From: an uncultured Candidatus Actinomarina sp.
GTDB taxonomy: Bacteria; Actinomycetota; Acidimicrobiia; Actinomarinales; Actinomarinaceae
Direction of reading: 5' to 3'
NCBI GenBank assembly: GCA_902622665.1
Contig: CACNQV010000004.1
Coordinates: forward strand, 5,142 to 69,141
Length of the DNA: 64,000 nt
The notes under the pieces were generated by a model that ran no database searches, was not told the DNA's origin, and saw nothing but the letters and a program-made list of their open reading frames with translations. This document shows, piece by piece, positions 1 to 13,486 of this stretch. The position numbers and the translations under genes are program-made. Position 1 is the first letter of the stretch; each line of letters opens with the position of its first letter.

Positions 1-371
1 TATCTTTAAATGAGTTGCTAATGAGTATTCTCCCATCGTTAACAGTTGGTTGCTCAGTAATATCATATTCTGAGGAAAATAGCGTTTTGGCATTAAAATT
101 TGCAGAGGATATCAATAATTCTGACTTCCCATCTGGATCTTTGAATATACTTACTGGAAAATTTGAAAATATTCTTAATGATGTCAGTAAGCACGTTGAA
201 ATAAATTTAGTAGCACTCCACAAAGAACTGGGTAATGATGGATTAAAAGCTATTGAGCAAAATGCATCGGAATCTGTTAAAAGAATAGTTTCACAACCAT
301 CTATAGAAGGTTTATCATCTATTCTTCCTTATCTTGAAACTAAAACAGTCTGGCATCCAAAAGGCACATAA
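1..371 (+). CDS. aldehyde-dehydrogenase-superfamily-like protein, 3' part (5' end outside window)
   Basis: The frame is open from nt 3 to the stop at 369-371. Segments ILPSLTVGCSVI, FPSGSLNILTG and YLETKTVW resemble the cofactor-binding and extreme C-terminal segments of ALDH enzymes. The catalytic-Cys domain normally found between them seems absent. Confidence 0.35.
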   Translation, partial: SLNELLMSILPSLTVGCSVISYSEENSVLALKFAEDINNSDFPSGSLNILTGKFENILNDVSKHVEINLVALHKELGNDGLKAIEQNASESVKRIVSQPSIEGLSSILPYLETKTVWHPKGT

Positions 372-421
372 ACTGTCTTACCCTAAAAGTAATATTTCAT
401 TATTACCAAATTAACCCTGTT

Positions 422-450
422 TAAGCTGTCTTGCATGCCAAGACAGCTTA
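422..450 (+). terminator. hairpin downstream of the ALDH-like ORF (candidate terminator)
   Basis: Perfect 12-bp inverted repeat taagctgtcttg / caagacagctta with a 5-nt loop, 50 nt after the stop codon. The following T tract is weak (ttcatat). Confidence 0.4.
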
Positions 451-473
451 TTCATATAAGTTGCTAATATTAC

Positions 474-899
474 ATGATGGTTGAGGATAGTCTTGAAAAT
501 AAGTTAAAAAATGAAGGAATGCCAGTTCCAAATGTATGGGTCGAGCTTGAGGGTGAGTTTTTGGACTTTGATAAAGAAAACGAAACATTGAAGTGTAAGT
601 TTCCTGTTCGTGAAAGATATTTCAATCCTCTTCCAACAACACTTGGTGGAATTATTGACTCATGGATAGATATTACTATGGGCCCCCTAACTGTTTTATT
701 AGGTCAAAGAGCAGTCAGTAAAAATTTTTCAATAAAATATTTAAAACCAGTTGGGCCATCTATAGAATATGTTACTGCAATTGCATGGAGAGAAAGTATT
801 GATGGTCGAAATAGTCTATATAAAGGTGAACTTCATTTAGATAATGGCACGTTAGCTGCTGTAGCTGAATCAGAATTTGTTGAAATAAGAAAATCTTAA
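474..899 (+). CDS. PaaI/hotdog-fold acyl-CoA thioesterase family protein
   Basis: 141 aa. The pattern FNPLPTTLGGIIDSWIDITMG followed by a beta-rich C-terminal half is typical of PaaI-type thioesterases. Confidence 0.55.
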   Translation: MMVEDSLENKLKNEGMPVPNVWVELEGEFLDFDKENETLKCKFPVRERYFNPLPTTLGGIIDSWIDITMGPLTVLLGQRAVSKNFSIKYLKPVGPSIEYVTAIAWRESIDGRNSLYKGELHLDNGTLAAVAESEFVEIRKS

Positions 900-1744
900 G
901 TTCTTGAATATAGAAATGCAGAACTCATTATTACTCCAATTCCTACAAATTGAATTGAATTTGTTATTTCGTTTAAAAATTGATACCCAAAAAAAATAGA
1001 AAAAATAGGAATCATATACACAACAAATGAGCTGGATATTCTGCCAACACTTTCTAATAATTTATAATATGTTAAAAAAGCAATCCCAGTACCCCCGATA
1101 CCTAATATAAGCATTGGAATCAGTGAAACTTCAACAGTTGGCAGTTTAAATGATGCTGTAGGCCCAAAGATAATAAGTGAGATAAGAAATGCATATCTCA
1201 ATACCATTTTTATAACAATTAATGAATCATATTTTTGAATTAATGGCTCCACCATATTTACAGCAATTCCATATGATATTGAGGCAATCAATGCATAGAG
1301 AAAACCAATTTCAAAAGAAACATCATTAATTCCTTCACTTAATGAAATGAGTCCTACCCCAATAAAACCAGTAAAAATATACAAAACCTGAATTTTTGTA
1401 ACTTTTAATTTGTAAATTACAACAGCAATAAAAGCAACAAAAATTGGAGTTGATCCATTTATCAATCCAGCTAGTGAAGATGTTATTGTTTGTTCAGCAA
1501 TGCCAAACATATAAAACGGAAGAGCCATCCAAAAAAATGAAATTATAAAAATTCTTATATTATCAGTTCTGATAATACTTTCTTTAGCCTTAACAAAGAT
1601 ATTTATAAATAAAGCACCAATTAAAATCCTGTATATAGCTATATCAGATGGGTTAAGTTCCTGTAATGAATACTTGATCATCAAAAAAGATGACCCCCAA
1701 ATTGAAGATGTTACAAAAGCTAGTAAAAAATTTTTAAAATTCAC
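896..1744 (-). CDS. EamA/DMT-family transporter
   Basis: 282 aa with about 10 hydrophobic helices. N-terminal SSIWGSSFLMIKYSL is typical of EamA repeats. GTG start. Confidence 0.75.
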   Translation of the reverse strand: MNFKNFLLAFVTSSIWGSSFLMIKYSLQELNPSDIAIYRILIGALFINIFVKAKESIIRTDNIRIFIISFFWMALPFYMFGIAEQTITSSLAGLINGSTPIFVAFIAVVIYKLKVTKIQVLYIFTGFIGVGLISLSEGINDVSFEIGFLYALIASISYGIAVNMVEPLIQKYDSLIVIKMVLRYAFLISLIIFGPTASFKLPTVEVSLIPMLILGIGGTGIAFLTYYKLLESVGRISSSFVVYMIPIFSIFFGYQFLNEITNSIQFVGIGVIMSSAFLYSRT

Positions 1745-1873
1745 AGGCTTTGAAGCTTAACATAGATTCCTTTTTAGGACAATAGAGTCACCATCCAACA
1801 GGGTAGAAGGATTAGTGTAGTGGTTCAAACTGACACAAAGATGACTCTATTTGTATTATATAAAAAATAAAAT

Positions 1874-2527
1874 TTATTGGTCAGTCAATAAAATTGTTTT
1901 TTTTCTTAAACGAATTAATTTATTTACGGGTAGGTTATTTTCTTTGCCAATTTCTTTTATAATTTCTTTTTTATTCTCACCGGTTACAAGTAAATACAAA
2001 TGTTCAACACTTTTTAATAGTTGAAAAGTTGAAGTAATCCGCCATTTAGTAATTATATTTACTTCATTTTCAACAAATCCTTTCTTGTCAACCTCTAAAG
2101 CAGTTGTATTTGGAAATAATGAGGCAATATGACCGTCCTCTCCAACGCCTAATATTGCTACATTAAATTTATCAATTTTGCTCAGAACTGCAGCCGTGTA
2201 TTTCTCTGCAGAATACTGTGGATTATCTTGGTAAGAATATTCAATGATATTTAGATTTGAATTACCAAAAATTGTATTTATCATTTTTTGATTAGAATTT
2301 TTATTATTTTTATCCACATGTCTTTCATCAATAGTCCATAAATAAATATTTGAATAATTTTTATATTTTTCACTTAATAATTTATAAAAAACCTTTGGAG
2401 TGCTACCACCTGATAACCCAATACTAAAGTCATCAGATTCATTTATTTGAGAGCCTATCAAATCTAAAAGTGTATTTGAACAATCATCATGACTGTTTTT
2501 CTTGATAATTTCTAAGGAGTCTATCAT
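1874..2527 (-). CDS. pgl: 6-phosphogluconolactonase
   Basis: Motifs GLSGGSTP, WTIDERHV and GVGEDGHIASLFP are diagnostic of Pgl/DevB. Confidence 0.8.
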   Translation of the reverse strand: MIDSLEIIKKNSHDDCSNTLLDLIGSQINESDDFSIGLSGGSTPKVFYKLLSEKYKNYSNIYLWTIDERHVDKNNKNSNQKMINTIFGNSNLNIIEYSYQDNPQYSAEKYTAAVLSKIDKFNVAILGVGEDGHIASLFPNTTALEVDKKGFVENEVNIITKWRITSTFQLLKSVEHLYLLVTGENKKEIIKEIGKENNLPVNKLIRLRKKTILLTDQ

Positions 2528-2561
2528 TTCTTTTGTTACATTTATTTTTTAAGTAGTATCA

Positions 2562-3818
2562 ATGTTAGTGGAAAAAAGTATTCAAATAATTGGTGGAAAA
2601 AAATTAACTGGAACCGTGGAAGTTTCCGGTGCAAAAAATGCCGTTCTGAAGCAAATGATACTACCCATACTTTCAGAGGGAGTTTACAAAATTGATAACG
2701 TCCCAAATATAGCTGACGTGTATTACATGCAAGAAGTTCTTGATGTTCTTGGTATACAATCAAAACTTGATAATAAGATATTAGAGATTAATTCGCCATC
2801 AGATATTTCAGTGGAAGCCCCTTATGAGGTTGTTCAAAAAATGAGAGCGTCGATTATTGTTCTTGGTCCGTTATTAGCAAGAAAAGGTGAAGCTAAAATA
2901 GCTTTTCCGGGTGGTGATCAGCTTGGTCCAAGACCCGTCAAAATGCATATTGAGGCACTAGAAAAAATGGGTGCTAAGTTTGAACTAGATCACGGTGTTT
3001 TAATTGGAAAAACGGATGGATTAAAAGGTGTTGAGATCAATCTTCCCTATGCATCGGTTGGAGCAACAGAGAATACAATATTGGCAGCCGTATTAGCTGA
3101 TGGAACAACAATTATTGAAAATGCTGCAAGAGAACCAGAAGTTGTTGATTTAGTAAAAATGCTCAAAAATATGGGTGCCCAAATTGAAGGTGAGGGAACA
3201 AGTGAAATTACAATTCAGGGGGTCGATTCCCTTAAAAGTACCAACCACAAAGTAATAGGGGACAGAATTGTTGCCGGAACATACCTGGCTGCCTTTCTAG
3301 CTACGCAAGGGTCAGGTGTAATTAAAGGGATTGATCCAGATAATCTTCCCATGGAGCTCAAAAAATTTAAGGAAATGGGAGCAGATTTAGTCATCAATGA
3401 AAATTCTATAGAAATAGATAGTCCAAATAAAATTTCTTCAATTGAGATTTCTACACTTCCATATCCAGGAGTTGCAACCGACTTACAGCCGATTTTTGGG
3501 TCATGTTTATTAAAAGCCAATGGCACATCCATAATTACAGAAAATGTTTATGATCAGAGATTTCAATGGATACCAGAAGTACAAAGAATGGGTGCAGATA
3601 TTCAATCTGGCTGGCAACATGCAATGATAAAAGGTGTTAGAGATTTATCTGGAGCTCCAGTCCAATCAACTGATATAAGAACTGGAGCAAGTTTAGTAAT
3701 TGCAGCATTACAAGCTGATGGAGAATCTTTAATTACAGGGATTGATCATATTGAGAGGGGATATGAAAATATTGTTGATTTACTAAGTTCCCTTGGCAGT
3801 GAAATACAATATAATTAA
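2562..3818 (+). CDS. murA: UDP-N-acetylglucosamine 1-carboxyvinyltransferase
   Basis: 418 aa with full-length MurA-like sequence (VSGAKNAVL, PGGDQLGPRPV, IERGYENI). Asp119 sits where E. coli has the catalytic Cys115. Confidence 0.95.
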   Translation: MLVEKSIQIIGGKKLTGTVEVSGAKNAVLKQMILPILSEGVYKIDNVPNIADVYYMQEVLDVLGIQSKLDNKILEINSPSDISVEAPYEVVQKMRASIIVLGPLLARKGEAKIAFPGGDQLGPRPVKMHIEALEKMGAKFELDHGVLIGKTDGLKGVEINLPYASVGATENTILAAVLADGTTIIENAAREPEVVDLVKMLKNMGAQIEGEGTSEITIQGVDSLKSTNHKVIGDRIVAGTYLAAFLATQGSGVIKGIDPDNLPMELKKFKEMGADLVINENSIEIDSPNKISSIEISTLPYPGVATDLQPIFGSCLLKANGTSIITENVYDQRFQWIPEVQRMGADIQSGWQHAMIKGVRDLSGAPVQSTDIRTGASLVIAALQADGESLITGIDHIERGYENIVDLLSSLGSEIQYN

Positions 3819-3821
3819 GAT

Positions 3822-4094
3822 ATGACAAATCTTAATTTTCCAGAAGTTAAAGATCGTGATCCGAATGCTGAAGTAGATATGGAGGTATTAAATGATACGA
3901 TTGAATACATTCGCCCAGCTGTACAAGCTGATGGTGGAGACATTAAATTAGCGTCTGTTGAAAATGGGGTTGTTAATATAGAAATGCTTGGAGCTTGCCA
4001 GGGATGTCCAATGTCTATTGCGACTTTAAAGAGTGGTATTGAGAGAATCTTAAAAGATAAAGTACCTGGAGTAACAGAAGTTATTGCTAGCTAG
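3822..4094 (+). CDS. NifU-like (Nfu C-terminal domain) Fe-S cluster carrier
   Basis: 90 aa. IRPAVQADGGDIKL and the CQGCPMS...TLK motif of the Nfu domain. Confidence 0.8.
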   Translation: MTNLNFPEVKDRDPNAEVDMEVLNDTIEYIRPAVQADGGDIKLASVENGVVNIEMLGACQGCPMSIATLKSGIERILKDKVPGVTEVIAS

Positions 4095-4095
4095 A

Positions 4096-4707
4096 TTATT
4101 GAGAATCTATTGTTGAGTAAAAGTTTATCCCTACCAATACTCCACGATCAACTAGTGGTTCTACTACATATCTAACTTTATTTATAGTAACTCCACCACC
4201 GACTTGATTTGGACTTTCTACTTCATCATAAAGACCAACTTTTGATAATACAGATTCTCTATCGTCTTTATCTAATGTTTCATCCGATAAAGCAATAATA
4301 ATTAGAAAAAATAAACGAGTCCTTTGTGCGGTTACCTCATCGCTAGCTACAGGGGAAAAGAATTCAACTCCAACAACAGTATCATCGACGATAAGCATGT
4401 TCAATACAAATGCAGATTGAGTATTTTCATTTATGCCAAACTGATATACAAGAATGTTTCTATCAGTAGAAGCCCATTGTACGTTGTCCGGATTTATTGA
4501 AAAATAGAAAAGAGTTTCTTCATCACTAGCTATTTCTGATACTAATCTATTCCAGTTTGCAACATATTCACTTGGATTTTTACCGAATCCTTGTTCAATA
4601 ACTATTTCTTTAGATTGATTTTCGTTATTACTTTGCATCTCAGAATTTTCATTACTAGAACAAGAAACCAACAGCAAAATTAAAAAAACTAAATAAAATT
4701 TTTTCAT
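4096..4707 (-). CDS. hypothetical lipoprotein
   Basis: MKKFYLVFLILLLVSCSS gives a signal peptide plus lipobox. I placed the start at 4707 because it forms an ATGA overlap with the upstream gene's stop. No recognisable domain. Confidence 0.5.
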   Translation of the reverse strand: MKKFYLVFLILLLVSCSSNENSEMQSNNENQSKEIVIEQGFGKNPSEYVANWNRLVSEIASDEETLFYFSINPDNVQWASTDRNILVYQFGINENTQSAFVLNMLIVDDTVVGVEFFSPVASDEVTAQRTRLFFLIIIALSDETLDKDDRESVLSKVGLYDEVESPNQVGGGVTINKVRYVVEPLVDRGVLVGINFYSTIDSQ

Positions 4708-5144
4708 GTTTCTAAAATATTTTTGAGATTCATCAAGTTTTTTTTCCAAATTAGTTTTAATACAATTCCTCCAAAAAATTCTGCAATAGGTCCTCCAAGA
4801 TAATAGGGAGCTTTTAACTCCTCAATCCATTCAAATTTTGTTGAGTTGTCATTATTTTTGCTTAAATAGAATGCGCCTTTTCCAGTAACAATACCTTCAT
4901 GTATTACTCCTATACTGTTCATTTCCTCCCAAGTAGTCACTGTGATAATATCATTTAAAGTAAAAGGACCCACTTTTGTCAAAACTCGCATTTTTGTGTC
5001 AATTCCAGCTTCATTTTCAGAGAGAAAGTCAATATTTGCAGCATCTTGCATCCAATTAACATGATTCTTCATAACTTTAACTTCATCCCAAACCACTTCG
5101 ATTGGTTTATGAATGATAGTTGAAACTTCAATTCTTTTACTCAT
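4704..5144 (-). CDS. SRPBCC (START/cyclase-dehydrase-like) family protein
   Basis: 146 aa. The N-terminus (IEVSTIIHKPIEVVWDEV...) and overall length and pattern are typical of the SRPBCC ligand-binding fold. Confidence 0.55.
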   Translation of the reverse strand: MSKRIEVSTIIHKPIEVVWDEVKVMKNHVNWMQDAANIDFLSENEAGIDTKMRVLTKVGPFTLNDIITVTTWEEMNSIGVIHEGIVTGKGAFYLSKNNDNSTKFEWIEELKAPYYLGGPIAEFFGGIVLKLIWKKNLMNLKNILET

Positions 5145-5186
5145 TGCTTGTTAAACAATATTAGTTCATAAGTAAAATAAATATAT

Positions 5187-6328
5187 ATGAATAAAAATGA
5201 TTATATATATTTAGATCATGCTGCAACAACTCCAATGCGTGAGGTTGCGTTTGAAGCATATAAAAAGACAGAAATGGATGCTTATGCAAACTCTTCTGGA
5301 GGTCATGCACTGTCAAGAAAAGCTAAAAACATTTTGGAAGATTCTAGGGAATTTATTGCCAGTTGTTTTGGAGCAGCTCCTAATGAGATTACTTTTACCA
5401 GTGGTGGTACTGAAGCAGACAATTGGATAATTAAAACACCTTTTATTGATAATGACTCCAACGCTGAACTTATAACAACACAAATTGAACATGAAGCTGT
5501 TCTAGCCTCTGCAGAAAATGTCCACAGCAAAGGATTTAATGTTAATTTTGTTTCATGCGACAGCGAAGGAGTAACAAATATTGATGAATTTAAAAAAACT
5601 ATAAATTCGAAGACCTTAATTGCTTCGGTTATGTATGCCAATAATGAAACCGGAGTTGTTCAACCTATTGTAGAAATATCAAAGATAGTTAAAGACGTTA
5701 ATCCAAATACATTATTTCACTCAGATGTAGTACAAGCAGTTGCCACTAAAAAATTAAACTTTCATAATCTTGGAATTGATAGTGCTGCAATTTCAGGTCA
5801 TAAAATTGGTGGTCCAAAAGGGATTGGAGTTATGTTTTTAAAGACTGGATATAAAATTCCAAGTTTCTTACACGGTGGAAAGCAAGAGCTTGAAAGAAGA
5901 GCTGGAACAGTAAATGTTTCAGGTGTTGCGGGGTTAGCTGCAGCTCTTGAAGAACAGCAAAATAATTTAGAAGATGAAGTTGCAGTAATTGAAAATGAAA
6001 GACAGATTTTTGAAAATATTTTAAAAGAAAATTTTGAATTAAGAATAGTTGGAGAGAATGTAGAGAGATTGTCTCATATATCTAATATACAATTCAAAGA
6101 AGTAAATTCAGAAACATTAATGGTAGCTTTAGACTTAAATGGGATTGGAGTCTCAAGAGGATCGGCATGTGCCAGCGGAGCGCAGAAACCATCCCATGTT
6201 TTAAAAGCTATGAAAGTTGACGAACAGGTTATTAATAACCATCTAAGATTCAGCTTTGGTTGGACTACACAAAATGGTGATGGTATAAAGTTTGCTGAAA
6301 TTGTCAAAAAAACTATAAAGGAACTTAT

Positions 6329-6332
<4 letters not shown>
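5187..6332 (+). CDS. cysteine desulfurase (class V aminotransferase, NifS/IscS-like)
   Basis: YLDHAATTP, the PLP lysine context SGHKIGGPKGIG and the catalytic-Cys loop SRGSACASG. Immediately followed by mnmA. Confidence 0.85.
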
Positions 6333-9861
<3,529 letters not shown>

Positions 9862-9899
9862 ACATTAAAATAATATCTAAGAAATAAAAAGAGACCAAA

Positions 9900-10712
9900 G
9901 TGAAAATAGAAAATTTAGAAGAAAAAATTAAAAATGTTGATCCTAATAATTTATCAGAAAGTGATTTATCAATTATCGAACATACAATTGAAGAGCTTGA
10001 TAAGGGTAATATAAGAGTAGCAAGCTATCAAGACAATGAATGGACTCTCAATGAGTGGGTAAGAGATGCAATTTTATTATTTTTTTCAATAAGAAACTTA
10101 AGAGAAATAAGTGCAAGTGATTTAATTTATTATGACAAGCTTGAACCAAAAAAAAATTATAAAGAATTAGGAATTAGGGTTGTTCCGCCCGGAGTAGTCA
10201 GATATGGAGCTTTTTGTGAACCGGGTGTTGTTGTTATGCCTGGTTTTGTAAATATTGGAGCATATGTAGGTTCGGGAACGATGGTTGATACATGGGCTAC
10301 TGTTGGGTCTTGTGCTCAAATTGGGAAAAATGTCCACCTCTCCGGTGGAGTTGGTATTGGTGGAGTTTTAGAACCTGCTGGCGCAATGCCGGTAGTAGTT
10401 GAAGATGGGGCATTTATTGGATCACGTTCAATTATTGTGGAAGGAGTCAGAATAAAAAAAGGAGCTGTGATTGGTGCAAATGTTACTCTTACTGCATCTA
10501 CACCAATTATTGATGTAACAGGTGATGAACCAATTGAGTTTAAGGGTGTAGTTGAAGAGAATTCTGTTGTTATTCCAGGAACAAGACCAAAAGAATTTCC
10601 AAGTGGTGTTTTTAACACCCCTTGTGCATTAGTAATCGGAAAAAGAAAAGAATCTACTGATGAAAAAACTTCACTTACTGATGCATTGAGAACTTTTGGA
10701 GTTGAAGTTTGA
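9900..10712 (+). CDS. dapD: 2,3,4,5-tetrahydropyridine-2,6-dicarboxylate N-succinyltransferase
   Basis: 270 aa with hexapeptide-repeat region (GAYVGSGTMVDTWATVGSCAQIGKNVHLSGGVGIGG) and DapD-like N-terminal domain. GTG start. Followed by dapE. Confidence 0.85.
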   Translation: MKIENLEEKIKNVDPNNLSESDLSIIEHTIEELDKGNIRVASYQDNEWTLNEWVRDAILLFFSIRNLREISASDLIYYDKLEPKKNYKELGIRVVPPGVVRYGAFCEPGVVVMPGFVNIGAYVGSGTMVDTWATVGSCAQIGKNVHLSGGVGIGGVLEPAGAMPVVVEDGAFIGSRSIIVEGVRIKKGAVIGANVTLTASTPIIDVTGDEPIEFKGVVEENSVVIPGTRPKEFPSGVFNTPCALVIGKRKESTDEKTSLTDALRTFGVEV

Positions 10713-11755
10713 ACTTAGTTGATACTTTTTTAAAGCTTATTTCTATTGAATCTGAGACTGGCAAAGAAGAAAACATTTTAGATTTTATTGAAACATTCTT
10801 AGCAGACAATAATTTTCAAGGTGAAGTAAAAAGAAATAGTGGTGGAATAATAGCTCTTCCTAGTGAATCAACAAAAAAAATTGCTCTAGTTGGTCACGTT
10901 GATACCGTTCCGGTTGTTCCTAATCAACAAGTCGAATTTGATAACGAAGATTTGATTGGTGGAAGAGGATCTGTTGATATGAAAGGTGGTATTGCAGTCA
11001 TGTTACATTCTTTGATTGAAAATTCCTCAGATATAATTGGAGTATTTTATACGGCTGAGGAAAGTTCATATATAGATAATGGATTAAATATAATTATGCC
11101 AATTCTTTTAAGCGATTTTAATATTGACTTCGCAATAATACTAGAACCAACTGATAATGAAATTCAATTAGGTTGCTTGGGCGCGTTAAACGCAACGCTA
11201 ACAATTAATGGCAAAGCAGCACATTCAGCAAGACCTTGGGTTGGAGATAATCCGATTTATAAAGTTAAAGATGTTGTTAAGTTAGTTGAAGATAATGAAA
11301 TAAGTGAAATTGAAATTGATGGATTAAATTTTAAACAAGTAATGTCAATTACAAAAATTTCTTCTGGCATTGCAAACAATGTTATTCCAGAAACTTTAAA
11401 ACTAAATTTGAACTTTAGATACTCACCTGAACTAAATGGATCAGAAGCAGGTAGTTACATTAACGACTTATTTTTTGATTATGCTGAAATTGAAATATTA
11501 AATACTTCGGATGGAGCTATGCCTAATAAATCAGAAGAAAAAATCAGCGAGTTTATAAAAAAGACAGGATCAGTGGTTCAACCAAAGCAAGCATGGACTG
11601 ATATCGCAAGATTTTTCGAGCACAAAATTCCATGTGTAAATTTTGGACCGGGTAATCCACTTTTAGCACATGCAACGAATGAACATGTTAGTAAAAAACA
11701 GCTATTAGAATCATATGAATTACTTTCAGGCTACTTAGGAGTAAAAAGTGAGTGA
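10709..11755 (+). CDS. dapE: succinyl-diaminopimelate desuccinylase (M20 peptidase family)
   Basis: LVGHVDTVP, GRGSVDMKGG and the HATNEH region typical of M20/DapE. TTG start with a TTGA overlap on the dapD stop. Confidence 0.75.
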   Translation: MNLVDTFLKLISIESETGKEENILDFIETFLADNNFQGEVKRNSGGIIALPSESTKKIALVGHVDTVPVVPNQQVEFDNEDLIGGRGSVDMKGGIAVMLHSLIENSSDIIGVFYTAEESSYIDNGLNIIMPILLSDFNIDFAIILEPTDNEIQLGCLGALNATLTINGKAAHSARPWVGDNPIYKVKDVVKLVEDNEISEIEIDGLNFKQVMSITKISSGIANNVIPETLKLNLNFRYSPELNGSEAGSYINDLFFDYAEIEILNTSDGAMPNKSEEKISEFIKKTGSVVQPKQAWTDIARFFEHKIPCVNFGPGNPLLAHATNEHVSKKQLLESYELLSGYLGVKSE

Positions 11756-12038
11756 TGAGTTCAATATTAAAAATATAGCTAAGCTTGCTTCTATTAATTT
11801 ATCGGAAGAGGAACAAGACAGTCTGAGCAATGACTTAAGTATTATTTTGGAACATGTTAATGCATTAAGCGATTTAAAACTGAACTCTCAGCAACAAGAA
11901 ATATTTATACATCCTTTAGCAAAAGAATTAGAACTACAAGATGATCAAGTTGTAGAATCATTAACTCATCACGAAGCAATTAGCAATGCTCCAGAGTCTA
12001 AAGATGGAAAGTTCGTAGTTCCTCCTTCGATGGAATAG
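11748..12038 (+). CDS. gatC: Asp/Glu-tRNA amidotransferase subunit C
   Basis: 96 aa with IAKLASINLSEEE... Precedes gatA and gatB. Confidence 0.9.
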   Translation: MSDEFNIKNIAKLASINLSEEEQDSLSNDLSIILEHVNALSDLKLNSQQQEIFIHPLAKELELQDDQVVESLTHHEAISNAPESKDGKFVVPPSME

Positions 12039-12040
12039 TC

Positions 12041-13486
12041 ATGGATGCTTCACAATTATCTATTAGAGAAATTAACTCACTGTTTACAAAAAAAGAGTTA
12101 AAACCATCCGAATTGTATTCAAAAGTATTTGAAAATGCTGCAAACTCAGAAGCAGCACTTCATGCACACCTAACACTTTTTGAAGAAGAAAATATAAAAA
12201 AAGCAGCTGAATCTGACAAAAGATTTAGCAAGGATGAGTCAGCTAGTTTATTAGACGGTATACCAATTGCAATCAAAGACAATATCAATATAAAAAATTA
12301 TAAAACTACATGCTCTTCAAAAATGTTATCAAACTATACATCTCCCTATGACGCAACAGTAATTAAAAAACTAAAAGAACATAATGCTTTGTTTACGGGT
12401 AAAACTAATCTTGATGAATTTGCGATGGGCTCATCGACTGAAAACTCTGCATTTGGCCTTACTAAAAATCCTTGGAATACAGATTATGTTCCCGGAGGGT
12501 CATCTGGAGGTTCTGCCGCTTCTGTTGGTGCACGATCATCAATTGCAGCACTTGGAAGTGATACTGGTGGATCAATAAGGCAGCCAGCATCTTTTTGTGG
12601 TCTAGTAGGTTTTAAGCCGACATATGGAACTGTTTCCAGATTTGGTTTGGTTGCCTTCGCATCATCTTTAGATCAAATTGGTCCAATTACAAAAACAGTA
12701 GATGACTCAAGAATTATTTTTTCTTCGATTTCTGGTAAAGATAGTCGAGACGCTACTTCTGTAATTAATAACCAATTAGATATTCCAAGTGACAATGCTG
12801 CCACAATTGGAGTAATAAAAGAATTAATGGAAGATGGTATTTCAGATGAAGCTAAAAATGAAGTTAATAAAGTCGTTGAAATCCTTAAATCTAAAGGTTA
12901 CAAAGTTAAAGAGATCTCAATACCAATAATCAAACTTTCTATCAGTATCTATTATTTAATTGCACCAGCTGAGTGCTCAGCAAACCTTGCACGATTTGAT
13001 GGCGTTAGATATGGATTAAGAATAGATGGAAACACTAGTTATGAAATGATGGAAAATACTAGAGCTGAAGGATTTGGTGCTGAAGTTAAAAGAAGAATTT
13101 TGTTAGGAACCTATGCACTATCAGCAGGATATTATGACGAATATTATGGGAAAGCTTTGCAGGCAAGAAAAGAAATGATAGATGAATTTGCTGAAACATT
13201 TAAAGATTTTGATTATTTGATTTCACCAACAACCCCCACACAGGCTTTTAAGTCTGGTGAGAAAACAAGTAATCCACTAGAAATGTACATGTCAGACTTA
13301 TGCACAATTCCAGCTAATTTGGCTGGCCTTCCAGCAATAAGTATTCCTACTGGACTTAGTAAAGATGAACTACCTCTTGGAGTGCAAGTAATGAGTAAGC
13401 CATTATCCGATAATTCACTTCTAGATTTCTCAGAAATAATTGAAAATGAGGTTCAGTTTGATGGACAACCCAAAGGATGGTTGTAA
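12041..13486 (+). CDS. gatA: Asp/Glu-tRNA amidotransferase subunit A
   Basis: Amidase signature GGSSGGSAASVG...GSDTGGSIRQPA. Confidence 0.95.
   Translation: MDASQLSIREINSLFTKKELKPSELYSKVFENAANSEAALHAHLTLFEEENIKKAAESDKRFSKDESASLLDGIPIAIKDNINIKNYKTTCSSKMLSNYTSPYDATVIKKLKEHNALFTGKTNLDEFAMGSSTENSAFGLTKNPWNTDYVPGGSSGGSAASVGARSSIAALGSDTGGSIRQPASFCGLVGFKPTYGTVSRFGLVAFASSLDQIGPITKTVDDSRIIFSSISGKDSRDATSVINNQLDIPSDNAATIGVIKELMEDGISDEAKNEVNKVVEILKSKGYKVKEISIPIIKLSISIYYLIAPAECSANLARFDGVRYGLRIDGNTSYEMMENTRAEGFGAEVKRRILLGTYALSAGYYDEYYGKALQARKEMIDEFAETFKDFDYLISPTTPTQAFKSGEKTSNPLEMYMSDLCTIPANLAGLPAISIPTGLSKDELPLGVQVMSKPLSDNSLLDFSEIIENEVQFDGQPKGWL

Noticed and set aside
1811-1835. tRNA-like fragment (tagtgtagtggttcaaac resembles a D-arm/T-loop)
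   Set aside because: I could not fold a cloverleaf. There is no anticodon arm or 5-bp T stem, and the enclosing helix spans only 51 nt. It is reported only as an unexplained leader structure.
2542-2763. 73-aa minus-strand ORF overlapping the murA start
   Set aside because: It is antisense to the well-supported murA N-terminus and has no motif. It would also leave no promoter space between pgl and murA.
3215-3532. Many 60-120-aa ORFs nested inside or antisense to large recognised genes, e.g. 3215-3532, 5303-5641, 10316-10618, 15918-16235, 39547-39876, 42686-42976, 46863-47120, 53988-54353
   Set aside because: Each overlaps a gene with strong family motifs in another frame or strand. Their translations are low-complexity, with no start context or motif. 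They are typical shadow ORFs.
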